NCBI GenBank assembly: GCA_951406725.2
Contig: OX597816.1
Coordinates: 24,180,001-24,244,000, forward strand
Length of the DNA: 64,000 nt
Direction of reading: 5' to 3'
From: Octopus vulgaris
Lineage: Eukaryota
The notes under the pieces were generated by a model that had not been told where the DNA came from, did not search any database, and worked only from the letters and a program-made list of their open reading frames with translations. Position numbers and translations under genes: made by a program. Every line of letters begins with the position of its first letter. Position 1 is the first letter of the stretch. Of this stretch, positions 52,369 to 64,000 are shown piece by piece.

Positions 52369-53565
52369 AAGTTAAAACAGTCTGGTTTTAAATTTTTTTT
52401 ATTATGGTATTTAGCAAAATTAGCGCTTTCATACATAATGTACTCATGAGAGTTTTCGACAACTCAAACAAAACGCAACATCCCGTACTGTCTGGCCAGG
52501 AAAATGTGTACAATAGTTGATGATCCAAATACGAGAAACACACGACATATAGGACTCAAAGCATTTCTGCTCATGCAAAATAACCCTCTCCTACTTATAG
52601 AAAATAGCATACAATGAGCAAAAGAGACACATAGAACAACTCAGAGCAACACGACAAAGACGAACCAATCAAAGGAACATAATACCATTTCTAGCAACAC
52701 ACAATACGCATTGCCAAAACATTTTTAAGATCATCGAAACAAATTTGCCAATCATAAAACAAAGTGAAAAATTTAAAACACATAATTAATCAAACTCTTA
52801 TCTTAAGCAAAAGGCAACGACATGACCTAAAAAAATTATTAACGAAGGCAAAATTCAATATGAGCAAACAGGATAACACATTCACAGTATCCAAGTGTAA
52901 TGATAACAAATGTGGAACGTGCATTCATACGCGTAGATCCATTAAAACAAAATATGGACAGATTTTCGCAAATGCAGATATGAACTGCAAAAGCAGAGAT
53001 TTGATCTACTGCATTAAATGCTTGAATTGTGAGGAATTTTACGTAGACGAGTTAACAGACAACAAATCCTGAACACCAATGTTCGCCAAAATCCAGTAAG
53101 CGAATATATAGAGACCTGTGGTCAGAAAATGTTTCTAATTTTTCCTTTCCACAAACTACATGACACAAGTGAGGTTGGAATAAAGGTTAAAGAAAAACGA
53201 TTTATCAAAATGTTCAAATTTCTTCTGAATGGAAATAACGGCAATAATATAACAACCAGTTCATGATGTAGAATAACAAATATAAACAAATTATAGAATA
53301 TCGGTATGCTTAGAAAACAATGATGTTTAAGAGCATGCAGATTGATCAGAAAGGTACTCTAAAAATTTAGCTGGCTGGAGCGTTCTAAGAAATACTAAAG
53401 GTGTCAATAACTCAACTGTCAGTTGAACACATTTGAAATATGATGATTACTCTATGTATGAAAACGCTAATTTTGCTAAAATCCCATAATAAAGAAACAT
53501 TAACAACCAGACTGTTTTAACTTTCAACTGATATACTATTCTATACACATTCACACAAATTCGAA
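52369..53565 (+). mobile_element. 5'-truncated Penelope-like element with inverted pLTR
   Basis: 52369-52447 is the inverse of 53443-53523. The pLTR carries (c)TGATGA GTAC..GTAT GAAA GCGC TA hammerhead remnants around a coding remnant. Confidence 0.85.
52471..53230 (+). pseudogene. PLE RT thumb, Zn-finger linker and GIY-YIG endonuclease remnant (Neptune/Nematis-like)
   Basis: KRNIPYCLARKMCTIVDD, then KCNDNKCGTC..MNCKSRDLIYCIKCLNCEEFYV, with stops and frameshifts. Confidence 0.8.
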
Positions 53566-53611
<46 letters not shown>

Positions 53612-53698
53612 CGGGAAGCTTTATGAAAATAGACAAAAGACGAAGGCAGGTTTACGGAAATAAACAAAAGACGAAGGCAGGTGGAATACAAACAAACA

Positions 53699-53749
<51 letters not shown>

Positions 53750-54109
53750 GACAGGCTTCTTTCAGTTTTCTGTCCACCTAATCCACTTACAGGGCTTTGA
53801 TCGGGCCGAGGTTATAGTAGAAGACACTTGCTCAAAGCTATGCCCAGTGTTTAGGGAGTTTGCTTCCCTTGTCAGTAAATAAGACGGTGAGATATTGTGG
53901 CTATGAGTTGTTTTGATCCCTATTTCTAGCAATACTGGTGCTGAATAGCATCCTCAGTCTCGTATGTGAAGTATATATATATATATTTCCCTTCGGTTGA
54001 AAATTTACTAAAAAGTCGCCCTTATTATATATAATTCACACCTTTACCATTTATGAAATTAGCGTATGATTACTACGGTGATCTTATTAGCTGATAAGGT
54101 GGATTGAGT

Positions 54110-54731
54110 TTAACCCAAGGCGCCAGTGAAAGCCACATAGAGTAACTGCAGATTTCTTAATAGTTCAGTATATGTGTTCTCTTTTTCACTGATCTTCAGC
54201 TTTATATTGATATCGGCTGGGTAGCTAATTTCCACAACTGTAAACAGTTTCTCTCCTCTATCCCAAATCATTATATCAGGTCTGTTGTGCTTACCTTTTC
54301 TTGAGGTCTCCACTGGCACATTCCACCAGTATTCCTTTTCACTATGAATGGCTATGGCTTCAACAATATTGTGGGTTCTTATTTCTTTGTCCTAGGGGTT
54401 ATCCTTCTGACAGATTCCCTTACAGAGTGTCCTAGCTACAACCTCACATCTCATCGGTAGATAATACCGTGCTGACATTTTCGGACAACTGCTTATGATG
54501 TGGAGAATATCTTCAGTGCTGACCCCACAAAGTCTGCATCGGTTGTCACATCTTACGGCTTCTCCTGCATCTTGATCCCGTTTGTGCATCAGGTACTTGG
54601 TTGATATTTCCTGTTTCTGGATTGCAAACGCATACCCTTGAAAATGGGAAGTAGTAGTCCAGCTATTGTTCCATGATAAACTGTTTTGATAATCATTGTT
54701 ACTATCATTACGGAGATTTCTACTGACATAT
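54110..54731 (-). pseudogene. R4/Dong-type LINE C-terminal region: CCHC knuckle plus restriction-like endonuclease
   Basis: One frame with a single internal stop (54392-54394): CRLCGVSTEDILHIISSCP..YWWNVPV..HNRPDIMIWD..VVEISYPADINIKLKISEKENTY. Confidence 0.85.
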
Positions 54732-54734
54732 CCA

Positions 54735-54960
54735 GGCGGCGAGCTGGCAGAAACGTTAGCACGCCGGGCGAAATGCTTAGCGGTATTTCGTCTGCCGTTA
54801 CGTTCTGAGTTCAAATTCCGCCGAAGTCGACTTTACCTTACATCCTTTCGGAGTCGATTAAATAAGTACCAGTTACGCACTGGGGTCGATATAATCGACT
54901 TAATCCCTGAGTCTGTCCTTGTTTGTCCCCTCTGTGTTTAGCCTCTTGTGGATAATAAAC
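54735..54960 (+). mobile_element. SINE family A
   Basis: Full head, central block and tail. Confidence 0.9.
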
Positions 54961-55720
54961 AGCATAATGTATGTATGTATGTATGTATGTATGTATGTAT
55001 GTATGTATGTGTATGTATGTATGTATGTATGTATGTATGTATGTATGTATGTATGTATGTGTGTGTGCGCATGTATGTATGAGATTAAACTGCATCCGGT
55101 TTGCATCTAAGACCTAGCTTAAACGTTCACTGCAAAGTGGTCTCCTCCGAAAGTACTCTAATACAATATGCCGGTGTTAATCCAGTTGACCGGTTAATCT
55201 GACTGACGGGTTAATCTGGTTGACGGGTTAATCTTGCTACTTAGAAACAAGGAACTGTCAGTCTGACTGACCCGCATCCAAACAATTTCCATCTTTCAAT
55301 TTTCACAAGGTTTCAATTGGTCTGAAGTCATACACAAAAATTTCTTGCTTATGGTAACGCGCAATCGGATTGAACCTGAGACCGCGTAGTTTGCAAAACA
55401 AACTTTACCGCACACGCATGTTTGTGCTCTTGTCTCCGTGAACGAGTTGGTTGTCGTGTGTGCATGCGTGTGTGTTCGTTTTTTGTGTGTGTGTGCGCGC
55501 GCGCGTTTGTTTGTATGTTTGTTGTGCGTGTTTTGTGGGTCCAAGTACATTTCTATGTAACATAAAAGTCTGTATGTGTGTGTGTGCGCGTGTGTTTGTG
55601 TGTTTGTTGTGGGTGTTTTGTATCTGTGGGTTTGAGTACATTTCTATATAACATAAAAGTGTGTATGTATGCGTGTTTATAAATTACAGATCATAACAAC
55701 TCCTCTGTGTGTGTGTGTGT

Positions 55721-55789
<69 letters not shown>

Positions 55790-55821
55790 CATATACATAC
55801 ATTATATATGTGTGTGTTTAT

Positions 55822-56423
55822 GCTCTTTTACTATTTTACTTATTTCAGTCATTTGACTGCGGCCATGCTGGAGCACCGCCTTTAGCCGAGCAAATCGACC
55901 TCGGGACTTATTCTATCGGTCTCTTTTGCCGAACCGATAAGTGACGGGGACATAAACACACCAGCATCGGTTGTCAAGCAATGCTAGGGAGACAAACACA
56001 GCGGCACAAATACACGCACACACACACATATATATGTATACATATATACGACGGGCTTCTTTCAGTTTCCGTCTACCAAATCCACTCACAAGGCTTCGGT
56101 CGGCCCAAGGCTATAGCAGAAGACACTTGCCCAAGATGCCACGCAGTGGGACTGAACCCGGAACCTGCGCCTATATATATATATATATATATATATATAA
56201 GTGACGGGGACATAAACACACCAGCATCGGTTGTCAAGCAATGCTAGGGAGACAAATACAAAGGCACAAATACACACACACACATATATATATACATGTA
56301 TACGACGGGCTTCTTTCAGTTTCCGTCTACCAAATCCACTCACATGGCTTCGGTCGGCCCAAGGCTATGGTAGAAGACACTTGCCCAAGATGCCACGCAG
56401 TGGGACTGAACCCGGAACCTGCG

Positions 56424-56473
<50 letters not shown>

Positions 56474-56741
56474 TGACGGGGACATAAACACACCAGCATC
56501 GGTTGTCAAGCAATGCTAGGGAGACAAACACAGAGGCACAAATACACACACACACACATATATATATACATATATACGACGGGCTCCTTTCAGTTTTCCG
56601 TCTACCAAATCCACTCACAAGGCATTGGTCGGCCCGAGGCTATGGTACAAGACACTTGCCCAAGATGCTACGCAGTGGGACCGAACCCATGACCATGTGG
56701 TTGGTAAGCAAGCTACTTACCACATAGCCACTCCTGCGCCT
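55822..56741 (-). mobile_element. SINE family B with triplicated internal segment (3 x ~260-270 bp)
   Basis: ATAAGTGACGGGGACATAAACACACC recurs at about 55938, 56197 and 56469. Confidence 0.9.
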
Positions 56742-56889
56742 TGTATTAAAAAAAAAAATGTGTGTGTATGTGTGTGAGAGACATTCAGTGCGTATTTGAG
56801 TGTATTTACGTGTGAAGGATTATATCTAAGCATGCCTAGCAGATACGAGTTTTGTACGTGTGTGTAGCTGTATTAGTGTCTGTACAGGT

Positions 56890-56929
<40 letters not shown>

Positions 56930-57186
56930 TTGTGTGTGTGTTTGTGTCGTAATGTCTGTTTTCATCTGTGCGTGTATAGGAATGTATGTATGCGTGCATA
57001 TGTATGTGTTTGTGTGTGTGTATGTGTGTGTGTGTGTATGTGTGTGTGCGTGTGTATTTGAGTGTATGTATACATGCCTTATGTGTGTATGAGTACGCGA
57101 GTACGTTAGTTAGTGAGTACATAACTCTTTCTCATTTAACTTAGTTTTTCTTTCTTTTACCTTTATCGAAATTATAGAAGGCATGT

Positions 57187-57445
57187 ACTCTTTTCCTTGT
57201 TCCAGTCATTTGACTGCGGCCATGCTGGAGCACCGCCTTTTTTTAGTCGAGCAAATCGACCCCAGGACTTATTATTTGCAAGCCTAGTACTTATTCTATC
57301 GGTTTCTTTTGCCGAACCGCTAAGTTACAGGTATGCAAACACACTAGCATCGGTTGTTAAGTGATGTTGGGGTGGGGTGGGAACAAACACAGCACACAAA
57401 CACACACACACACGCACACACGCACACAAGCACACACACACGCAC

Positions 57446-57476
<31 letters not shown>

Positions 57477-57644
57477 CATATACTTATATACGATGGGCTT
57501 CTTTCAATTTCCGTCTACCAAATCCACTCACAAGGCTTTGCTCGCCCCGAGGCTATAGTAGAAGACACTCGCCCAAGGTTCCACACAGTGGGACTGAACT
57601 CAGAACCATGTGGTTGGTAAGCAAGCTACTTACCACACAGCCAC
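57187..57644 (-). mobile_element. SINE family B
   Basis: Complete tail, internal microsatellite and head. Confidence 0.85.
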
Positions 57645-57768
57645 ACACACACACACACACATATATATATACATACATACATATCCAATTTTTCACCCTT
57701 ATTTTAAATTTATATATATGCACACACACATACATACATACACACACACACATATATATACTCACATA

Positions 57769-57828
<60 letters not shown>

Positions 57829-57954
57829 GAGAGAGGGAGAAGGTGTGAGAGATAGAGAGAGAGAAAAGGAGAGGCTGGGAAAGAGAGAAACCGAAACTAT
57901 ATCAGCATCGTCGAATGTTTCACGTAAACCAGTGGACGAGGATAACTATAAAAG

Positions 57955-58585
57955 TAGCAGCAGCAGCAACGGTAGCAGCAGCAGCAGCGACATCAGCATC
58001 AGCGACAGCATCAGTAGCACCAATAGCAGCAGCAGTAGCAGCAACAACAACAGCAGCAACAATAACTCACACCGCTCTCTCACCAGCAGCCAATAAACAA
58101 CAATAGCAGGCATCACCATCATCATCAGCAGCAGCAGCCGCAGCAGCAGCATCATCATCATCATCGTCGTCGTCGTCGTCGTAGTCACTAACAGCTGCAT
58201 CACTTCTTATTACCACCTCCTCCTCCTCCTCCTCCTCCCACTACCAAAAACAGCGAGCAGCAACCGCTCTCACCTGTCTTACTCTCCCTCCCACTCCCAA
58301 TACAACCACCACCAACCACCTGCACCACCACCACCACATGCACCTGCACCGCCACCTGCACCACCGCCGCCGCCTCCACCATCACCATTCGTAAACAACG
58401 ACGACGACGGCGACGGCGAACAAGCAACCACCGTTGTCGTCAGCATCACTTGCCACTACCACTACCACTACCACTACTTTATACTAATATAACTCTTCAT
58501 TGTTGTTAAAAACCATCAAACATTATCATCGCGGATCACCACCACCACAACCACAACCACAACCACAACAACAAGAACAACAAAC
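57955..58585. repeat. mixed trinucleotide low-complexity tract (CAG/CAA/CAT/CAC/CGA)
   Basis: Visible. Confidence 0.85.
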
Positions 58586-59376
58586 ATCGCTAGCAGACTA
58601 ACAACAAGAGCCAGCCAAGCATCGGCATCGGCATCACCAAAAAACCAAACACTCGCTATGTAAGGGGGTACCATTACAGCAAAAACCACAAGCAACAGGC
58701 TCAAAACATAAAAAAAAGACAACGGTTTTAAAGCAAGAGCAAGGAGCAACGACAAACTGTCAGTTCAGATGAAAGCGAAATTACAGTAAATCTCTTATAA
58801 AAGTCGCGCTCTTGCCTACCTGGACACACATATTATTTATAACTCCTATGTAGGGAAGCAGAGTGCACACGTAAATATATATATATATATATATACACAT
58901 ACAGACATATATATATATATATAAATATATAAATTTGTATTTGAAAATCTACAAAAATTATATCCAAGTGAGAATTAAATATAAGTAACGGTGAGTGTTT
59001 ATAATTTTTGAAATTATTTATAATTGTTTATGTATGTATGTGTGTGTGTGTATGTATGTATGTATGTATGTATTATGTATGTATGTATGTATGTATGTAT
59101 GTATGTATGTATGTATGTATGTATGTATGCATGCATGTATGCATGCATTTATGTATGTAAGTATATACATATATATATATATATTATATTGATTTATATA
59201 TCTATATACACACATATATATATATCTATATACATATATATCTATATACATATATATCTATATATCTATATACATATATACCTATATACATATATATATA
59301 TATATATATATGATTTATATACATATAAGTAAATATATATGTATGTATGCATACACACAAACACATATATGTATGT

Positions 59377-59416
<40 letters not shown>

Positions 59417-59899
59417 ATACACACACAAATACATGTATACATATGTGTTGAAACAGCTGTTGTGAATTCTGAACCCCAATTATGTATACAAATATACATA
59501 CATCCATTCATCCATCCATACACATACACACACAAACATATATATCGACACGTATGTATGTATACGTACATATGTTATTATTCTAAGAGTTCTTATTTAC
59601 TTATACTAACAATTCACAGTAAAGGTGAAAACAGACAGAAAAGACAGGAACCCCGACCCACCCCCAAAACTCTCCAAAACGAGAGAACAAGACAAAGACT
59701 GGTAATTCACAACAAGAGTTTAATGTGTTTTGATGTTGTGATATATTTTGGTTTTTCTGACTATTATTATGATTGTTAATAACACACCTGTTCTGTCAAA
59801 AGTGACGGTGGCTTTCTTTTAAGTTGAAATCATAATTCAAGATGAAATATACCTCTCCACCACCCATCGCTATTTCAAAGTGTGCTACATATATATATG

Positions 59900-59986
<87 letters not shown>

Positions 59987-60311
59987 GTATATATATATAT
60001 AAATACATAATACATACATTTATATATGTATACATACATAAATATATACATATATATATCTATCTATATATATGTATATATATGTATGTATGTATGTATG
60101 TATATGTATATGTTTGTGTGTCAGTGTTTGTCCCCCTAACATCGCTTGACAACCGTAAACACACAAAACAAACCCAGCAGAAGAGACCGATAGAATAAGT
60201 ACAAAGAATAAGTCCTGGGGGTGATTTGCTCGACTAAAGGCGGTGCTCCAGCATGGCCGCAGTCAAATGACTGAAACAAGTAAAAGAGTAAAAGAATAAA
60301 AGTGTATATAT

Positions 60312-60349
<38 letters not shown>

Positions 60350-60568
60350 GTATGTATATATGGATGCATGTATGTATATATAAATATATATATATATGTA
60401 TATATATGGCTCTGGAGTTAAAAAGAACGGTTTCCAACTAAGAGATTGTGGGTTCAATCCATTGCGTGGCACCTTGGTCAAGTTTTTTTTTTAAAGCTCC
60501 GGGCCGGTGAAAGTATCATAGATTTCTGAATGAATTTGGTACTCGGAAACTTAAAAGAAGCCTATCAT

Positions 60569-60613
<45 letters not shown>

Positions 60614-60680
60614 TATGTGCGTGTGCGTGCGTGTGTGTGTATACATACATTTATATATCTCTGTATATCTATGTATATAA

Positions 60681-61070
60681 GCGCAGGCGTGGCTGTGTGG
60701 TAAGTAGCTTGTTTCTCAGCCACATGGTTCCGGGTTCAGTCCCACTACGTGGCACCCTTGAGCAAGTGTTTTTACTATAGCGTCGGACCGGTCAAAGCCT
60801 TGTGAGTGGATATGGCAAACGGAAACTGAAAGAAGCCCATCGTATATATGTATGTATATATTTATGTGTGTATGTGTGTCTGTGTTTGTACCCCGCCATC
60901 GCTTGACGAGCGATGCCGGTGTGTTAACCTCCCCGTAGGTTAGCGGTTCGGCAAAGGAGACCAATACAATAAATACCAGACTTTAAAATAAGTGCTGAGA
61001 TTCGTTCCACTAAATCCCTAAAGGCGATGCCCCAGCATGGCCGCAGTTCAATAGCTGAAGTAAATGAAAG
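60681..61070 (+). mobile_element. SINE family B (partial copies also at 60100-60300 and 60405-60565)
   Basis: Family B blocks. Confidence 0.8.
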
Positions 61071-61657
61071 AAATGAGTGTGTGCTTTTATGTGTGAGTGT
61101 GAGTATGTGTGTGTGTGTGTGTGTGTGTGCATATGGCTATATATATATACATATGTGTGTGTGTGTGTGTGTGCATATATATATATATGTATATGTGTGT
61201 ATATGTGTGTGTATGTTTTTGTGCGTATGCGTGTAAATATGTATAATATAGTATAATATATATGTATATGTGTGCGTATATAGATTCGTCCCTGTGCATC
61301 CCGAGTTCAATTCCATTTCGTGCTCCCCTTTACCTCTTGTCCCTTTTGGGATCGGGGCTATAAAATAAAATACTGACAATCGATTCAAACGACAGTGCCT
61401 TACATCCGAAATTGTGTGGTTGTGTGCCTTCAGCTGGTAGAATCGTTATCGCGTCGGACAAAATGCTTAGCGGCATTCTAAGTTCAAACCTCGCTGTGGT
61501 CAACTTTGACTTTCATCCTTTAAAGGTCGATAAAATAAAGTACCAACCAAGTACAAGTGGTGATAAAAATATATTACTAAAGAAATACTTGGATGGAAAA
61601 CAACGATTGTTTTCCTAAAACCAAATTTGTGTCCCTGTGCCAATATTATATACAACC

Positions 61658-62430
61658 AAGGCGGCGAGCTGGCAGAAACGTTAGCACGCCGGGCGAAATG
61701 CTTAGCGGTATCTCGTCTGCCGTTACGTTCTGAGTTCAAATTCCGCCAAGGTCGACTTTGCCTTTCATCCTTTCGGGGTCGACTAAATAAGTACCAGTTA
61801 AGCACTGGGGTCGATATAATCGACTTAATCCGTTTGTCTATCTTTGTTTGTCCTCTCTGTGTTTAGCCCTTTGTGGGTAGTAAAGAAATAGGTATTTCAT
61901 CTGTCTTTACGTTATGAGTTCAAATTCCGCTGAGGTCGACTTTGCCTTTCATCCTTTCGGGGTCGATAAATTAAGTACCAGTTACGCACCGGGGTCGATG
62001 TAATCGACTTGCCCCCCCCCCCCCAAAAAAAAAATTTCATACCTTGTGGCTATAGTTGAAAGGATTATTATTATTGTTGTTGTTGTTGTTGTTAAATTTC
62101 GCTGAAGTCGACTTTGTCCTTTATCCTGTTGAGTTCGATAAAATAAGTACCAGTTGAGTACTGGGGTCGATGTAACCATCTTAACCCCCTCCTCCTGCTG
62201 GTTTTGTGCCAAAATTTGAAATCATTATCATTATTGTTGTTGTTGTTGTGAAATGTTTAGCGGGATTTCGTGTGTCGCTACGTTCTGAGTTCGAATTCCG
62301 CCGAGGTCGACTTTGCCTTTTTATCCTTTCGGAGTCGATATGTTAAGCACCAGTGACCCATTGGGGTCGATGTAATCGACTGGTCCCCTCTCCCAAAATT
62401 TCAGGCCTCGTGCCTATAGTAGAAAGGATT
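61658..62430 (+). mobile_element. cluster of family A SINE copies
   Basis: One full copy followed by three partial copies. Confidence 0.85.
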
Positions 62431-62640
62431 ATTATAAAAGTTCCTGGGATTAAGGGTATTACAAAGGGCTTGGTTAGAGGTCCAATCTTCCGAGTTCTTT
62501 TACAGGGCTTAGAGAAACTGTATTATTAATTACCTAGCCAACTGTCTTAAAAACGATCGTCGGCTTTGTATAATGGATTTTACGATTAAAGATATGATTT
62601 TCTCTAATCTGTATTTTTGTTGTTATACACTCACACACAA

Positions 62641-62673
<33 letters not shown>

Positions 62674-62892
62674 CGAGGGGTGTTGAAAAGTTCCTGGCTT
62701 TGGGTTAAAGAAAATATAGGAGGATCTGTTAATTCCTATTTTAATCAACATATTCCTCTCTCAGATTCATACACTTATTGCAGCGGGTCTTCAGTTTTTC
62801 GAAACCCAATAAAAGAACTCGGAAGTCTGAGCCTCCAATTGGGCTTTTCGCGATACCCTTAAAACCAAGCACTTTCAGCACCCTGACGTGTA
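62674..62892. mobile_element. mariner-type MITE remnant
   Basis: CGAGGGGTGTTGAAAAGTTCCTGGCTTT versus inverse CAGGGTGCTGAAAGTGCTTGGTTTT, with an additional partial inverse copy at 62436-62520. Solitary mariner-like TIRs also at about 12048-12080 and 48738-48776. Confidence 0.55.
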
Positions 62893-63055
62893 TATGTATA
62901 AATATTGAAGACTCTCATACTAAAATGTACTTACGAAAATCAAAAGCAGCAATTTTTAATGTTTAATTTATATTTCAAACAAACGCCATTTTATAGTATT
63001 GCTTGAAATTTCTAAAAAACTATCATTCGATATAGTATACAAAATTCAAATTTTA

Positions 63056-63147
63056 TATCTCTAAAGAGCAGAAGAGCTGTCTATAAATGCTTATCAATAT
63101 AGGATTTCATTATAGGCACAGCACTTCTGTGAAACGATCGTAAGATA
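63056..63147 (+). ncRNA. type I hammerhead-like motif (G5A variant)
   Basis: TATCT CTAAAGA GCAGAAG..CTTCTGT GAAA CGATCG TA AGATA, with a long extended helix II. Confidence 0.6.
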
Positions 63148-64000
63148 CTTTAAAAATTTAATTCAAAACTTTTAAACTGTCATATACATTATATATTTAT
63201 ACTTATACATATTTACATATATTTAAATATATATTTATATTTTTAATACAATTATTTTATACACGTATATATCTTTCTGAAGAATTTTCTAATATTGATT
63301 TCCTGATATCAATAATAATATATTATAAAATATCTCGTATTAAATATATAAATACTTTAATAGTATTAATACTTTGATACAACAGAGCACTCAATATAAA
63401 TTCAGTATATAATAATCTCATTGAATATATTTAACTAAAGATTTATGTATAAATATTGATATAAGTACGACCTATCTTGTATTTACTGTGCAATGTCTTA
63501 CCACTTAATACTTTACCATGAATACCTTCCTTTTTCACCTGTTACGCATCTCTGAATTTCTCTCGATTTGGCTTGTACTTTTATTTGTCTTGCTTTCACA
63601 ATTGGTTCTTCATTTTTCATCTATTTGTCTCTTAATCTCGGTGATTTTTATTCATTTACATATTGCTTATCTTCTTGTGGTAGTGAGCTTGAGTTTCTTG
63701 GTGTTTTCATGTTTACGCTCACGTAAGCATGAAAACATTTGTGTTCTCAAGATATATATCTAATCCTATTGTAGTTGTCATTAGAGACAGTTGCAGCTGC
63801 ATACTTTCCGTCTATCTACATCAATGGTTCTTAACCAGCGTCCATATGATCCCAGGGGTGTCCATATAAGATTTGGGGTGGGATGGGGGAATTACAATCA
63901 AAATAGTAATTTGAAGATCCACTGTATAATTTTAAGGGTCCATGGATAAATTGTTTTAGATGTATTTATTGCAAGAAATAGATACATTCGTTTCTTGCTA

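Noticed and set aside
57915-58755. Possible low-complexity coding exon (poly-Ser/Ala/Thr/Pro)
   Set aside because: Frames are short and interrupted, with no convincing splice sites or domain.

Overview
AT-rich, microsatellite-saturated animal genomic DNA. The tRNA-headed SINE families and repeat landscape point to a coleoid cephalopod, most likely Octopus (inference). No intact host protein-coding gene is supported, and almost all track ORFs are translations of microsatellites or SINEs. The window is a nested pile of mobile DNA. It holds four tRNA-derived SINE families (dozens of copies, many with TSDs), non-autonomous Helitrons and mariner-type ends. It also holds LINE fragments (CR1/L2-type, RTE-type, R4/Dong-type), a 5'-truncated Penelope-like element (PLE) with a GIY-YIG remnant, and a TSD-bounded 2.26-kb element encoding only an ORF1/gag-like CCHC protein. 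Highlights: (1) about 15 type I hammerhead-ribozyme or hammerhead-like motifs from many unrelated sequence families, nearly all with a palindromic helix III, sitting in (TA)n-embedded modules that are often fold-backs, including an 835-bp inverted repeat with a canonical hammerhead in each arm. (2) A TSD-flanked chimeric retrocopy of a pre-tRNA-Thr(UGU) 3' half fused to a SINE 3' tail. (3) The ORF1-only element inserted into a SINE tRNA head. (4) A minisatellite built from a SINE A-box segment.
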